Shown here: one piece after another, positions 62,026 through 64,000 of the stretch
Layout: each line of letters starts with the position of its first letter
Position numbering within the stretch: position 1 is the stretch's first letter
Source: an uncultured delta proteobacterium
GTDB taxonomy: Bacteria; Myxococcota_A; Polyangia; Polyangiales; JAFGIB01
Length of the DNA: 64,000 bases
Reading direction: 5' to 3'
Assembly (NCBI GenBank): GCA_963778655.1
Contig: CAVZVA010000009.1
Coordinates: 96,001-160,000, forward strand
Notes under the pieces: model-generated
Told to the model about the DNA's origin: nothing
The model's input: the letters and a program-made list of their open reading frames with translations, nothing else
The model's database searches: none
Program-made: the position numbers and the translations under genes

Positions 62026-64000
<1,975 letters not shown>

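Overview
GC-rich bacterial DNA, probably Myxococcota/Polyangia (MYXO-CTERM protein, PilZ-J-TPR protein, Gly-rich lipoproteins). Bases 1-24800 look like the right part of a defence island that ends at a decayed 3' half of tRNA-Asn (24756-24800, attR-like). The island carries (i) an HTH + DUF488 + putative OB-fold module whose last gene is split by an IS3 element, (ii) a full type 3 BREX gene set (brxF-brxC/pglY-pglXI-brxHII-pglZ-brxA), led by a Mad1-like HTH and followed 4 bp later by an HhH-GPD/Fe-S DNA glycosylase-like gene, and (iii) a four-gene YhcG / helical / helical / degenerate-Fic operon. Next come two ~270-bp direct repeats, each heading a toxin/defence module (AbiE type IV TA with a truncated tyrosine recombinase; a Fic protein), plus two families of palindromic boxes shared between these modules. 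From ~29.4 kb there are gene fragments and accessory/housekeeping genes (modABC, YyaL, ArsR/ArsI, REC-EAL, collagen-like protein, carbonic anhydrase, a VPEID-CTERM-like locus, 5' part of uvrA) and two copies of a CTAG-ended MITE. Many BREX-region genes contain single-base frameshifts that look like long-read errors. All family calls come from motif recognition by eye; no database search was run.
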